A DNA stretch of 64,000 nt, from positions 256,001 through 320,000 of the IMG/VR virus record IMGVR_UViG_3300025715_000009; one strand, 5' to 3'. Made by a program: the position numbers and the translations under genes. Positions 29,957 to 38,925 of this stretch are shown one piece after another. The notes under the pieces are model-generated. The model saw nothing but the letters and a program-made list of their open reading frames with translations, ran no database searches and was not told the origin of the DNA. The DNA comes from a virus. Taxonomy: Duplodnaviria; Caudoviricetes. Every line of letters begins with the position of its first letter. The first letter of the stretch is position 1.

Positions 29957-30538
29957 TTATTTAAGGAAGGAAGCTGCTCCACCTTCTGCTTTTGGTGCAA
30001 CAACTGCTACGCACTTTTCTAATAGATCGGCAAATTTAAGACCAGTAAGTTTTTTGCTAACTTTCCAGTTTGCGTCTTTGAGTAATTCAGTCCAACCTTC
30101 TACATTGCCTAATGCTTCTTCTTCAAGAACCTTACCACTAAGAATTTCTTCTGCAAGATTCATATATTTTTCAATTTCTCTTGCTTCACTTGTTTGTGCT
30201 TTTGGTTCTTCTTTTCCTGCTCTCTTTCTAAGAGCAGCAGCAGCTGCCTTATCTTCTGCTGAACCAAGTGATTGACCCTTTCCAAACTTCATGACATAGA
30301 TGTCCCAAGAATCTGGGTTATTTTCTCTAATAACAAGAAGTGAGTTCTTGGCACTACCAAAACCACCCGCACCACTCTTTACATCAGCAGCACTTGAACC
30401 TTTTGGTTGTGGGATATATGCCCATTTTGCACCTTGTACGGCTTGAGCAAATGTTTCTCCACCACTTGAACCAGCATCTTCTGCTTCGTTGATAATCATA
30501 TCAGCGTTCTCTTCAAGACCTTCTAAGAAATCTCTCAT
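29957..30538 (-). CDS. hypothetical protein with CTS-like N-terminus (likely virion internal protein)
   Basis: MRDFLEGLEE...INEA; SD GGAGGT. Confidence 0.75.
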   Translation of the reverse strand: MRDFLEGLEENADMIINEAEDAGSSGGETFAQAVQGAKWAYIPQPKGSSAADVKSGAGGFGSAKNSLLVIRENNPDSWDIYVMKFGKGQSLGSAEDKAAAAALRKRAGKEEPKAQTSEAREIEKYMNLAEEILSGKVLEEEALGNVEGWTELLKDANWKVSKKLTGLKFADLLEKCVAVVAPKAEGGAASFLK

Positions 30539-30813
30539 TTAATACCTCCTAAAGTATATATTTATATAAGATTATCTTGTGTAATTTCATAGAAATGTTT
30601 TAAACAATTTCTTTTTCTTCTAAATAAGCAATCTCTTCAGGTGTTAATTCATAATACAACTCTTCTAATTTAGCAAGAGCTTCATCTTGTAAATTAGGAT
30701 CAAGACCATCTTCTTCACTAATTTCATAAAATTTGAGGTACAGTTTTAGATTGCGTGTTAGTTGCATAATATGTCTCCTATACCAATATCTTGTATAAAA
30801 AAGTTAAAAAAAT

Positions 30814-30842
30814 AAAAAAAAGACGCTATTTAATAGCGTCTT
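30814..30842 (-). terminator. terminator after tmRNA
   Basis: AAGACGCTATT/AATAGCGTCTT plus T run. Confidence 0.75.
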
Positions 30843-30843
30843 A

Positions 30844-31114
30844 TGGAGCTGCAGGCAATGACGCCTGGTCCAGAATATAAACACATAATATGCAAATAGT
30901 TTTTACAAGAACTTATTAATCTTGTGCAATTTATTGTTTTTCATGACAAATCAGCTAAAAGTCATTATCTATTTATTAAAGCTGCATTCAGGAAAATAGA
31001 AAACCTATAAATGCAGGTAAAGCAGCAATTAAGCTGCGAGTGCAAAATTGTCGTTTATTTAAACAAAACTTTTATTATGTGTTTTATCTACTCTGTCGAA
31101 ATCTTTTCAGCCCC
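30844..31114 (-). ncRNA. ssrA: tmRNA (compact), tag (A)DNFALAA
   Basis: GGGGCTG/CAGCTCC-A acceptor with G3.U70; TTCGAC; P2 helix; AATAAAC-GAC...GCA GCT TAA tag at 31052-31029. Confidence 0.9.
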
Positions 31115-31229
31115 CTGTAATAATTTTTTTGCTTGATAATATAAAATAAAATCTTCTTTTTTCATTTTATACAACTTTACTAAATCAGTTAAATGTGATT
31201 TTTGTTTTATTTTATTTTTATTTTTCCAT

Positions 31230-31484
31230 TTATTCATAACTTTCCCACTCAGAACAAAAATACTCAGAACATATAATTGGTCTATATTTATAAATAGTGC
31301 ATCTAAATGTTTTTGGGTCAGTAAATATACAAAATCTTACTGGTCCAATCGTTTGAGTTCGCTGTGGATATTTTTCAGTCAACTCTTTTGAACTGATGTT
31401 CATATTGTTTGCTATTTCTATCCAATCATTATCATCTAATATATAAATAGCACAACATTTAGCAGCACATGTTGAACATTTCAT
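31230..31484 (-). CDS. YkgJ-family cysteine cluster protein
   Basis: CxxCxxxCC...CIF...CTIY..RPIIC..Y.C. Confidence 0.85.
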   Translation of the reverse strand: MKCSTCAAKCCAIYILDDNDWIEIANNMNISSKELTEKYPQRTQTIGPVRFCIFTDPKTFRCTIYKYRPIICSEYFCSEWESYE

Positions 31485-31678
31485 AACATAGAACCTGTTG
31501 GCGAAAAATTAACAGGCAATGATTTACCTCCGGTATTAAATTTATTACAGCAATATATATGCCTTTTACATTTCTTATATTGTCCATTACAAAATTTTAT
31601 ATACCAAGGAGATTTTTCATCTTTAACATATTTTTGAACAAATAAACAATTATCAAACCTATCACAACTTGCTTGCAT
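31481..31678 (-). CDS. small Cys-rich protein
   Basis: ORF, coupled. Confidence 0.65.
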   Translation of the reverse strand: MQASCDRFDNCLFVQKYVKDEKSPWYIKFCNGQYKKCKRHIYCCNKFNTGGKSLPVNFSPTGSML

Positions 31679-31970
31679 AAATATAGCCTTTTACAAAAGA
31701 AATTTCAAACCCATCAGGGTTATTAAAAACTGTGGTTATCATCTTATGATAAGCTTCATTTTGTATTTTTTTAGTATTTAACCATTTATAACCTATTTCT
31801 ATTTTTGAACGACTTATTCTTGTTGTATATATTTTATTAACCTCAGGATCATAAAAGATTAATTCAGTACCATATCGACTATCTGGCATTACTTCTCTTA
31901 TTGAAAGACAAAAAAGTAATTTTCCTTTCATGGTTAAAAAATCTTGATTGATATATTTTTTATAATCCAT
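31662..31970 (-). CDS. small hypothetical protein (HKMITTVF motif family)
   Basis: ORF. Confidence 0.65.
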   Translation of the reverse strand: MDYKKYINQDFLTMKGKLLFCLSIREVMPDSRYGTELIFYDPEVNKIYTTRISRSKIEIGYKWLNTKKIQNEAYHKMITTVFNNPDGFEISFVKGYIYASKL

Positions 31971-32253
31971 TAAATAATGCCTCAATTATTTTGTGTAAAT
32001 GTATTTTACCCAATATTTCAGATAAATCATCTAAAATAGAAAAATTTTTATTATAATTTCTGCCATCTGTTCTACTATTAAATCTAATATACATTTTATT
32101 ATTATAAAACATAATTTCCATTTTATATTCTATATCATATGATATAACTTCAGGTGTTAATTGTTGTGTTTTTATCTTATTACACAATATAAGATGATAA
32201 TTATCACCTTTATAGTCTTTATAAGGTGATTTTTGTAAAACCCATTTGTTCAT
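31960..32253 (-). CDS. small hypothetical protein (HKIIEALF motif family)
   Basis: ORF, coupled. Confidence 0.7.
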   Translation of the reverse strand: MNKWVLQKSPYKDYKGDNYHLILCNKIKTQQLTPEVISYDIEYKMEIMFYNNKMYIRFNSRTDGRNYNKNFSILDDLSEILGKIHLHKIIEALFNGL

Positions 32254-32660
32254 GATATATTATCTTTGTTATGATAATCACTTATGATTAAACCTTGGTT
32301 CCATTTTTCTTTATTTTCTAATAAATAAATTTTGGCATATAATGGATAATCTTCTTCTTTTATTTCAGAAATCAAGTTATTTATTTTCTTGACATTTTCT
32401 ATACTGAAATATAAGATATTAGCAATTTTTCCAATTGGACTTAATTGCTCCACTCCATCTACAGTTTTTTTATCATAATAATAACACTTTGATACTAAGC
32501 CATTCCATCTTGCTCTTTGAATACTTTTTTGAGCTTGATTCGGCGTTATATTTGGCTCATGTTTTTTTAATATTTCATAAGCAGTGTCTGTTTGAAAATA
32601 ATGATTTTGTACAACATCTAAAATGTTTTTTATTCTAATAACATAAAGAAAATTTTTCAT
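32250..32660 (-). CDS. hypothetical protein
   Basis: ORF. Confidence 0.7.
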   Translation of the reverse strand: MKNFLYVIRIKNILDVVQNHYFQTDTAYEILKKHEPNITPNQAQKSIQRARWNGLVSKCYYYDKKTVDGVEQLSPIGKIANILYFSIENVKKINNLISEIKEEDYPLYAKIYLLENKEKWNQGLIISDYHNKDNIS

Positions 32661-32702
32661 ATATCAAAATATGCAAAAAAAGAGGCCGTAAGGCCTCTTT
32701 TA

Positions 32703-33332
32703 TTATTCAACTAATTCAGTGTTCCAGTATGCATCTGAAATAAAATGAGTCCAGCTTCGATACTTAGCATTGCCAATATGCACAGTAATGTGAGGACTTT
32801 GCTTTGGCTTTTGAGGTTGACGAATCAACTTCATATGTGCTTCGTTTGGGTCTCTGTCCCTCTTCTTTTGATTGCACTTGATACAAGAACAAACAAGATT
32901 CTCCCAGCTATTCTCTCCACCCTTGGAGCGTGGAATAACGTGGTCAATGTTAAGCTGTTCAGTTGAATATGCTTTGCCACAATATTGACAGGTGTTATTA
33001 TCTCGTGTGTAGATATTTTTTCTTGTCAATTTGATAGCATATCTTGGAACATCTTGGAATCCAAGTATACGAATGACTCTTGGAATTTGAAGAGTTAATG
33101 AAGGCGTGTGAATCCATTCATCATACTCAGCCCAATCTCCCATCTCCTCTTTTAATTCAGATATTTCTGCCCAAGAGGAGAATGTGTAGTTGGCATAAGA
33201 GCCATTTTCGACTGTAACGACTTCTGCGCAATTCTTCCAAAGAAGAATAAAAGCTTCCTTGGCTGTTACGATTTCAATAGGTTGATAGTTTCGGTTAAGC
33301 TTTAAAACTCTGTTCTGAAGAATTGCTTCCAT
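32703..33332 (-). CDS. HNH endonuclease (McrA/HNH_5-like)
   Basis: VLKLNRNYQP...RDNNTCQYCG...DHVIPRSKGG..WENLVCSCIKCN. Confidence 0.9.
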   Translation of the reverse strand: MEAILQNRVLKLNRNYQPIEIVTAKEAFILLWKNCAEVVTVENGSYANYTFSSWAEISELKEEMGDWAEYDEWIHTPSLTLQIPRVIRILGFQDVPRYAIKLTRKNIYTRDNNTCQYCGKAYSTEQLNIDHVIPRSKGGENSWENLVCSCIKCNQKKRDRDPNEAHMKLIRQPQKPKQSPHITVHIGNAKYRSWTHFISDAYWNTELVE

Positions 33333-33381
33333 GAATAACCTCCTTTTTTCATGGCTAAGTAAGATTATAATATATAATTAT

Positions 33382-34059
33382 TTACTCTAAATTAGAATAA
33401 TGATTCATACAAGTAGGACACACACCATCTGATATTTGAATATTGTGAATTGTTAGATATTCTCTTAAATCATGCCATGCTCCATTTTCATCTCTCATTT
33501 TTTTACAATTTGAACATACAGATATAATTGCAGGCAACTCCTTTTTGTCTTTTTTGGTCCTTATATAAAAAGCCCAAGCAAGATTTGCCAAATTATCTAC
33601 AATAGTTAAATCATCTTCATCATATTCAATATCTTTATTTCCTACTCCCATCACAGCAACTACTGAACCAAGATGTTTAATTGGGACAACTAACTCTCTC
33701 AATAAAGCAACATGCCCACCAGGTAAACCTTTTTTTAATTCAGGTGGCATTTGTAAATAGTTATTATGAATAACAGGTTTACCATCTCTTACTGGGTCTG
33801 CCCATATACCTGCAGCTGCTACTGGATAATGTGATGCTTCAACTGCATGACATTCTTGTGCAGTAGAGTTAGTCCATGTAAATAAAGATATTGTTTCTTT
33901 ATCTGGATTTACAAAATGGAAAAAACCAATTTTAGATAAGGTGATTTTTTGACATTCCTCGAGACAAAATTTAAAAATATCGATTGGGTGTTTATCATCC
34001 GAGTAATCGAGGAATGTATGAATTGTTTGACAAGCCTGATAGTATAAATCCCTTATCAT
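33382..34059 (-). CDS. GAF domain protein with C-terminal Zn motif
   Basis: AGIWAD...IHN.Y...P.GH..L.R.L.VP...GVGNK..Y; CSNCKK..RD..W...CPTC. Confidence 0.85.
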   Translation of the reverse strand: MIRDLYYQACQTIHTFLDYSDDKHPIDIFKFCLEECQKITLSKIGFFHFVNPDKETISLFTWTNSTAQECHAVEASHYPVAAAGIWADPVRDGKPVIHNNYLQMPPELKKGLPGGHVALLRELVVPIKHLGSVVAVMGVGNKDIEYDEDDLTIVDNLANLAWAFYIRTKKDKKELPAIISVCSNCKKMRDENGAWHDLREYLTIHNIQISDGVCPTCMNHYSNLE

Positions 34060-34076
34060 AATATTATCTTTTCTTA

Positions 34077-34340
34077 TTAAGAATGATTATTAACTTTTTT
34101 TCTCCGTTTATCAGTTGCTTTTTTATGTTTGTGTCTTCTATCTATTTCATCATCCATGCTTAATTTTTTTGTTTTTACTTTGCTGACACTAATAACTGTT
34201 TTTTGTTCATTTTCATAAATTCGTCTTCCACATTTTGGACAAAGTGGTTTGTTTTTTGTTATATATTCTTTAACATCTGTTTCAATAATATATTCTATTT
34301 CACATCCTTTTTTACATTCTAAATAATATTTGTAAATCAA
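34077..34340 (-). CDS. Zn-ribbon protein
   Basis: CKKGC...CPKCG. Confidence 0.65.
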   Translation of the reverse strand: MIYKYYLECKKGCEIEYIIETDVKEYITKNKPLCPKCGRRIYENEQKTVISVSKVKTKKLSMDDEIDRRHKHKKATDKRRKKVNNHS

Positions 34341-34368
34341 TTATGTACTCCTCTGGTTATAATTATGC

Positions 34369-35058
34369 TTAAATAGTTAAATCTTTTAAATAAGCGCCAG
34401 AGGGATTATATAAATGGTCTTTTATTGATAAACCTAATTTCCTTTCAGGACCTATATGTATTTCTTTATTTACATGTTTATGTCCAAATATTCCAGGTGG
34501 TAATCCAGGTACAACATCATTACCATAAACATATCTAAATGTTTGTGGAACACGTTTATTATATGATTCTACAAAATATTTATTTCCAACTTTTGGAGAC
34601 CCAGTAGTAAGACATTCTAATTCTTTATTAAAATTATATTGTATATCCAATGCAGCAAATGTAGCAATTGCCCCACCTAAAGATTGACCCATACAAATTA
34701 CTTTTGGTGCATTTTGTGCTCTCAAATGAACTGCTTGTCTTAGCAATAAATAGGATTTATAAAATCCTACATGGGCCTTTATTTTTTTATTTGTCCCGGT
34801 TTCACTATATGGTGTTTTAGAGAATCTAAACCAAAAGTTGTATAACCAATCTATAAATTGATTTGAACCTAAAAACATAAATATTCTCCACCCATCTTTT
34901 TCTAAAATAGCGAGTTGCATATGTTTAAATTGAACAAAATCAATAACATCTTGTATTATAACCTTTGGTTGTTCATAATTATCGAAAAAGAGTTTTCTAT
35001 CTTGTTTTCTTATTTCATGATATTTATTTACAAGATAACTTGTCATCTCTGGTGTCAT
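34369..35058 (-). CDS. lipase class 3 family protein
   Basis: HVGF, GQSLGGAIA, GSPKVG, DVVP, DH. Confidence 0.88.
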   Translation of the reverse strand: MTPEMTSYLVNKYHEIRKQDRKLFFDNYEQPKVIIQDVIDFVQFKHMQLAILEKDGWRIFMFLGSNQFIDWLYNFWFRFSKTPYSETGTNKKIKAHVGFYKSYLLLRQAVHLRAQNAPKVICMGQSLGGAIATFAALDIQYNFNKELECLTTGSPKVGNKYFVESYNKRVPQTFRYVYGNDVVPGLPPGIFGHKHVNKEIHIGPERKLGLSIKDHLYNPSGAYLKDLTI

Positions 35059-35285
35059 AATCCCCTCCTAATTACTTCTTTCTTTATTGCTTGCTTGGCT
35101 TCAATTAATGGATAAAAACAATCTTCTAAAAAATGTATGTGAACGTCTTTACCCAAAATATTTTCTTCAATAGTAAAATTAATTTTAAATTCTTGTTTAG
35201 GAGTAATAATAAGGGCATCATATTCTCTTATGTAATGAACATGTCTTTTATTATCTGTTAATAGTTTTATTTCTGATATTTCCAT
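35055..35285 (-). CDS. hypothetical protein
   Basis: ORF, coupled. Confidence 0.65.
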   Translation of the reverse strand: MEISEIKLLTDNKRHVHYIREYDALIITPKQEFKINFTIEENILGKDVHIHFLEDCFYPLIEAKQAIKKEVIRRGL

Positions 35286-35575
35286 ATTGCCTTAATAATA
35301 GTTCTTTGATGTTTATTTTTACTTCCATCATATATGAAAGTAAATGGTGAATCCAAAGTAATTCTTACATCAGAATATGATGGGAATAAAAGTCCTGGAG
35401 AAAGTTCTGCTTTTATTTTTGGCTCTGGTCCAAGAATAAATCTTTTATTTGTTTTAACAATTTCAAACATATGCGCGTCTGACCAATCTTTTTTATTAGA
35501 TATTTTTACTTCTAAAAAAGCAACATCAAGATATAATTTAGGACCTAATAGTTGACGAATATAAATTATTTCCAT
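35267..35575 (-). CDS. small hypothetical protein (TIIKAIW motif family)
   Basis: ORF; AAGATAA just upstream. Confidence 0.7.
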   Translation of the reverse strand: MEIIYIRQLLGPKLYLDVAFLEVKISNKKDWSDAHMFEIVKTNKRFILGPEPKIKAELSPGLLFPSYSDVRITLDSPFTFIYDGSKNKHQRTIIKAIWKYQK

Positions 35576-35578
35576 ACT

Positions 35579-35929
35579 TTATCTTGTATATTTTAATGCT
35601 TTATGTAATAATAAATCATGGTCATATTTATCTTTTATATAAACATGACCATTTTTATATGAGAGAGTATAAAGTTTTTTAAAATATTTGGAAGTAATAC
35701 GAAGAATTATTGTTTCAAGTTTTATTTTTTCAATATTACAAAGTTTCTGTATTTTAACCTTTGTTTTTAACTTATATTTAAAACTTGATTGAATTTCTTT
35801 TTTACTTAATAATATAACACTGCCATCTAAAGTAAAAACATTTCCATTATGGGTATATAATCTATTATTAGCATCTCTTGCAACAATTGCATAAACATAC
35901 CCATTACAAATTGACCTAATCTACTTCAT
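35579..35929 (-). CDS. 116-codon gene with in-frame TAG at codon 3 (readthrough candidate or pseudogene)
   Basis: AAGGAGAGTAGT-ATG AAG TAG ATT AGG... then 113 sense codons to TAA; fills the gap between neighbours exactly. Confidence 0.6.
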
Positions 35930-35930
35930 A

Positions 35931-36155
35931 CTACTCTCCTTTAATTACTGTTAATGATTTATATCCGTCAGTTATAATATAATGATTCACTTGAGCCCAT
36001 TCTTTTAATAGCCACCCACTTATATCATCAAAAGTTCCCCATACATTACCTGTTCTATCTAATTCATTTTTAAATCTATTAAAGTATTCTTGTTTCACTA
36101 TATTGTCTATTTTTTGATAATCTTCAAAAACATAAAAATCATCATAGTGTCCCAC
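35931..36155 (-). CDS. hypothetical protein
   Basis: GGAGGT plus GTG start at 36155. Confidence 0.6.
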   Translation of the reverse strand: MGHYDDFYVFEDYQKIDNIVKQEYFNRFKNELDRTGNVWGTFDDISGWLLKEWAQVNHYIITDGYKSLTVIKGE

Positions 36156-36573
36156 AATTATACCTCCATAATGTTGGTCTAACTCTATTATACCAAGAAC
36201 TATCTTCTCTTTCATCATTATCAACATAGGATAAAGCTTGTTTATATCCCCAAGAAATAGATTGGTCAGAAAATATAATACCATCTTTTTTAGCTAGATT
36301 AATTCCTATATGCCAACATTCTAATTCAATTATTAATGTATTATAATTCCATTCTTTAATAAATTCTTGAGTTATACGACAATGACCTAATTCATGAAAA
36401 AATGAAATTAACATTTTTTCTTCATCATCATAATCTCCAAGCCAAATTTCATCATTACCTATAACCCAAGAATGATTTTTTTTGTCCCAATCATCATGAT
36501 TTTTATCAATAAAAGTGATAATAATATTATATTTTTCTGCTAATTCTAAAATCTTTTCTTTTGCCCTATTCAT
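36142..36573 (-). CDS. HExxH-containing protein (possible metallopeptidase)
   Basis: FFHELGH...ELECW. Confidence 0.55.
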   Translation of the reverse strand: MNRAKEKILELAEKYNIIITFIDKNHDDWDKKNHSWVIGNDEIWLGDYDDEEKMLISFFHELGHCRITQEFIKEWNYNTLIIELECWHIGINLAKKDGIIFSDQSISWGYKQALSYVDNDEREDSSWYNRVRPTLWRYNCGTL

Positions 36574-37024
36574 AATCTTCAGGGTTAAAAACTGTAGAAA
36601 CTTCAACGTTTGGCAATTCGCCTGATTCTGTTTTCTTTATTAAATCATCAATTATTTTAAGTGTTCTTTTTGTTTGATATAATTCGCTTATTGGACGTTT
36701 AATATCAACCAACTCCATAGCAATAATATCCCCTAAAATACCAAGCCAAATTTCTTTTGTAAATGGTCCATCAAGACAATCGTTTCCTCGATGCCAATCT
36801 TCTCCAGCTCGTGGTTTTCTACTTGTCATTGTGCACCCTAAATAACCTTCATAACCATCGTGAGGTGGTTTAGCAGTAATTGAATAATGATTTATGTCTG
36901 TAAATAATGACATTTTAACACAATCATCATCAACATAAATACAATCATTAAATTCGTATTTATGTCTCCTCACTGTCTCTAAAAACCATTGATATAATTT
37001 GTCCGCGCATTCTTGTAGGTTCAT
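36566..37024 (-). CDS. hypothetical protein
   Basis: SD GGAGG before MNLQE. Confidence 0.7.
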   Translation of the reverse strand: MNLQECADKLYQWFLETVRRHKYEFNDCIYVDDDCVKMSLFTDINHYSITAKPPHDGYEGYLGCTMTSRKPRAGEDWHRGNDCLDGPFTKEIWLGILGDIIAMELVDIKRPISELYQTKRTLKIIDDLIKKTESGELPNVEVSTVFNPEDYE

Positions 37025-37077
37025 AACAAACCCTCCTTGAGGATAAAATAACAAGCCATAACAACTTGTTTTAATAA

Positions 37078-37259
37078 TCGGGAGGCGAGGATTTGAACCT
37101 CGCTCTTTCTACATTCACACTTTAATCATGATTTACTGCAGTAATCATGCTGTCTGAAACTTGCTGTCCACCTCCGCGTTGGCTTTCAGTATTGTCAGAC
37201 TCGAAATGTAGTTGTGCTATTCAGCTCTAAGGCTGGCCTTTTTCCCTACACTACCCCCG
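37078..37259 (-). ncRNA. expanded tRNA-like RNA
   Basis: CGGGGG/CTCCCG-A acceptor, GCGAGG-TTCAAAT-CCTCGC T arm, 89-nt insert in place of the anticodon loop, enlarged D loop. Confidence 0.6.
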
Positions 37260-37264
37260 TAGTG

Positions 37265-37335
37265 TGCCCCATTTGGGAATCGAACCCAAGTAAATAGTTT
37301 TAGAGACTACCGCTTTACCATTAAGCAAATGGAGC
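37265..37335 (-). tRNA. tRNA-Sup (CTA), amber suppressor
   Basis: full cloverleaf; GTAGT-CT CTA AA-ACTAT. Confidence 0.85.
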
Positions 37336-37371
37336 AAGTTTGCCAGTTAAACTGGCAAAACTATATATGCT

Positions 37372-38049
37372 TTAGACCTTGAAAGTTTGCCTCATTTCAT
37401 AATTATCCCAACGTTTACCAGCATAATGTTTAATATCTGTCATACTATGTGGAAGAAAACCAGATTCTGAATTATTTTCTTCAAATTGATATTCAGACAT
37501 TAATGGAATTAAAATCCTACCATTATATAATGACATCCATGCAACGCAATCGTCTAAAAGTTCATTGCTTCCTAATTCACAATATCCAAATAAGTCTTGG
37601 ACTTCCAATTTTCCCTCAGATATTTTAGATAAATCAATTGCTTCTAATTTCCATCCTCCACTATCATCTCCCCAAACACATCCAGCAACAATAGCCAAGT
37701 TTGCTATTTTAGAATTTGGGTCTAATTTAGACTCATCCCAATAATCATAATCATTAGGAACACTAAAATCTACTGGACAGAAACCAGAGTTATGTTCAGC
37801 TATTAACTGACAATCTGGCAAAGACATTAAACTCACTGTTTCATAATCATGAGAATATAAAGCATATTCTTTCTCTTTCCATTTAAATGGATAAAATGTA
37901 TTATACATTGAATGATAATTTCTTGTATATTCGCCTATTTTAATTCCATCTTTTAGTATTTCAACTAATAAAGAATTACAATATCCATGACCATTACTTA
38001 TATCTGATGTTTTGGTTGTATAGTTTTTTAGTCTTTTCATTCTAGCCAC
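37372..38049 (-). CDS. hypothetical phage protein
   Basis: GFCPVDF, GCVWGDD motifs. Confidence 0.75.
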   Translation of the reverse strand: MARMKRLKNYTTKTSDISNGHGYCNSLLVEILKDGIKIGEYTRNYHSMYNTFYPFKWKEKEYALYSHDYETVSLMSLPDCQLIAEHNSGFCPVDFSVPNDYDYWDESKLDPNSKIANLAIVAGCVWGDDSGGWKLEAIDLSKISEGKLEVQDLFGYCELGSNELLDDCVAWMSLYNGRILIPLMSEYQFEENNSESGFLPHSMTDIKHYAGKRWDNYEMRQTFKV

Positions 38050-38405
38050 TCCTTTCCATTCTCTTTTAACATGTATTTTACTGAAATATACGCATGTTTT
38101 CTTTCTTCAGTTTTTACTTCATCATCGCTGACTTTTGGTTCAATTTGAGAAATTGTTTTGCCTCTTAGCATTGAATTATAAATATGCTGAATTCTGAAAG
38201 AAGATTTCAAGGATTGGATTGTATTTCTAGTAGAATTGATTCTTTGTAAGATGGGGGAAATTGTAAAATGATATTTTTCTGGTTGTGCATAACACGTATT
38301 TCGTGTATATACTTCATCTAAAACTAATTTGGATAATTCTCTTTGTGCTTCTTTATGTTGTTGTTTTGTAGATTTGATAAGATTTGCAATTTCATTATTT
38401 TCCAT
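38037..38405 (-). CDS. hypothetical phage protein (HIYxSMLRGK..QIE)
   Basis: ORF with SD GGAG. Confidence 0.75.
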   Translation of the reverse strand: MENNEIANLIKSTKQQHKEAQRELSKLVLDEVYTRNTCYAQPEKYHFTISPILQRINSTRNTIQSLKSSFRIQHIYNSMLRGKTISQIEPKVSDDEVKTEERKHAYISVKYMLKENGKEWLE

Positions 38406-38455
38406 AATTTATCTCCTATAAGTTTAATAATAAGGTGGGAATTAAACTTTAAGAG

Positions 38456-38482
38456 TTATGGTGGTTTTAAAATCTATGACAT
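38456..38482 (-). promoter_or_regulatory. leader minigene MS(TAG)ILKPP-stop
   Basis: AAGGAGAGAGT-ATG TCA TAG ATT TTA AAA CCA CCA TAA. Confidence 0.5.
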
Positions 38483-38526
38483 ACTCTCTCCTTTTATATA
38501 TAAATATGCTTTTAATTTTGAAAAAT

Positions 38527-38709
38527 TTACTTTAAAGGAAAATATTGTTCACATTGAAAAGAACCTTTTACTTTTTTATGGTATATTAAACAAATTGCTT
38601 CACTATTAGCATCTGTTTTTATACCATTTTTATCAACAGTTCTTTCACCAGTCCACTGTATACAGGTACAACATCTTTTTTTACCAATTGCATGATACTC
38701 TTTAGACAT
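38527..38709 (-). CDS. small Cys protein
   Basis: CxxCxxWxGxR..C..C; SD. Confidence 0.7.
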   Translation of the reverse strand: MSKEYHAIGKKRCCTCIQWTGERTVDKNGIKTDANSEAICLIYHKKVKGSFQCEQYFPLK

Positions 38710-38718
38710 AATTTCTCC

Positions 38719-38925
38719 TTATAATATATTTTCAACCATCTCATCTATTTCAGCAATAGCCAATGAGATTTTTGTAATTGCTCTAATCATTTCATCAGCA
38801 TCTTCACATTCAATAATTGATTTAGACATATGTTCTTTTGTTTCAATTAAATCATGTTTTATCATCTTTAATTTTTTCCTTCTTTCTTCCATACGATTAA
38901 TAATTTCATAAAGACCCATTTTCAC
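38719..38925 (-). CDS. hypothetical protein
   Basis: ORF. Confidence 0.6.
   Translation of the reverse strand: MKMGLYEIINRMEERRKKLKMIKHDLIETKEHMSKSIIECEDADEMIRAITKISLAIAEIDEMVENIL

Noticed and set aside
37265-37335. Pyrrolysine tRNA
   Set aside because: Canonical D loop, 5-bp anticodon stem and T loop; it lacks tRNA-Pyl hallmarks and no pyl genes are seen.
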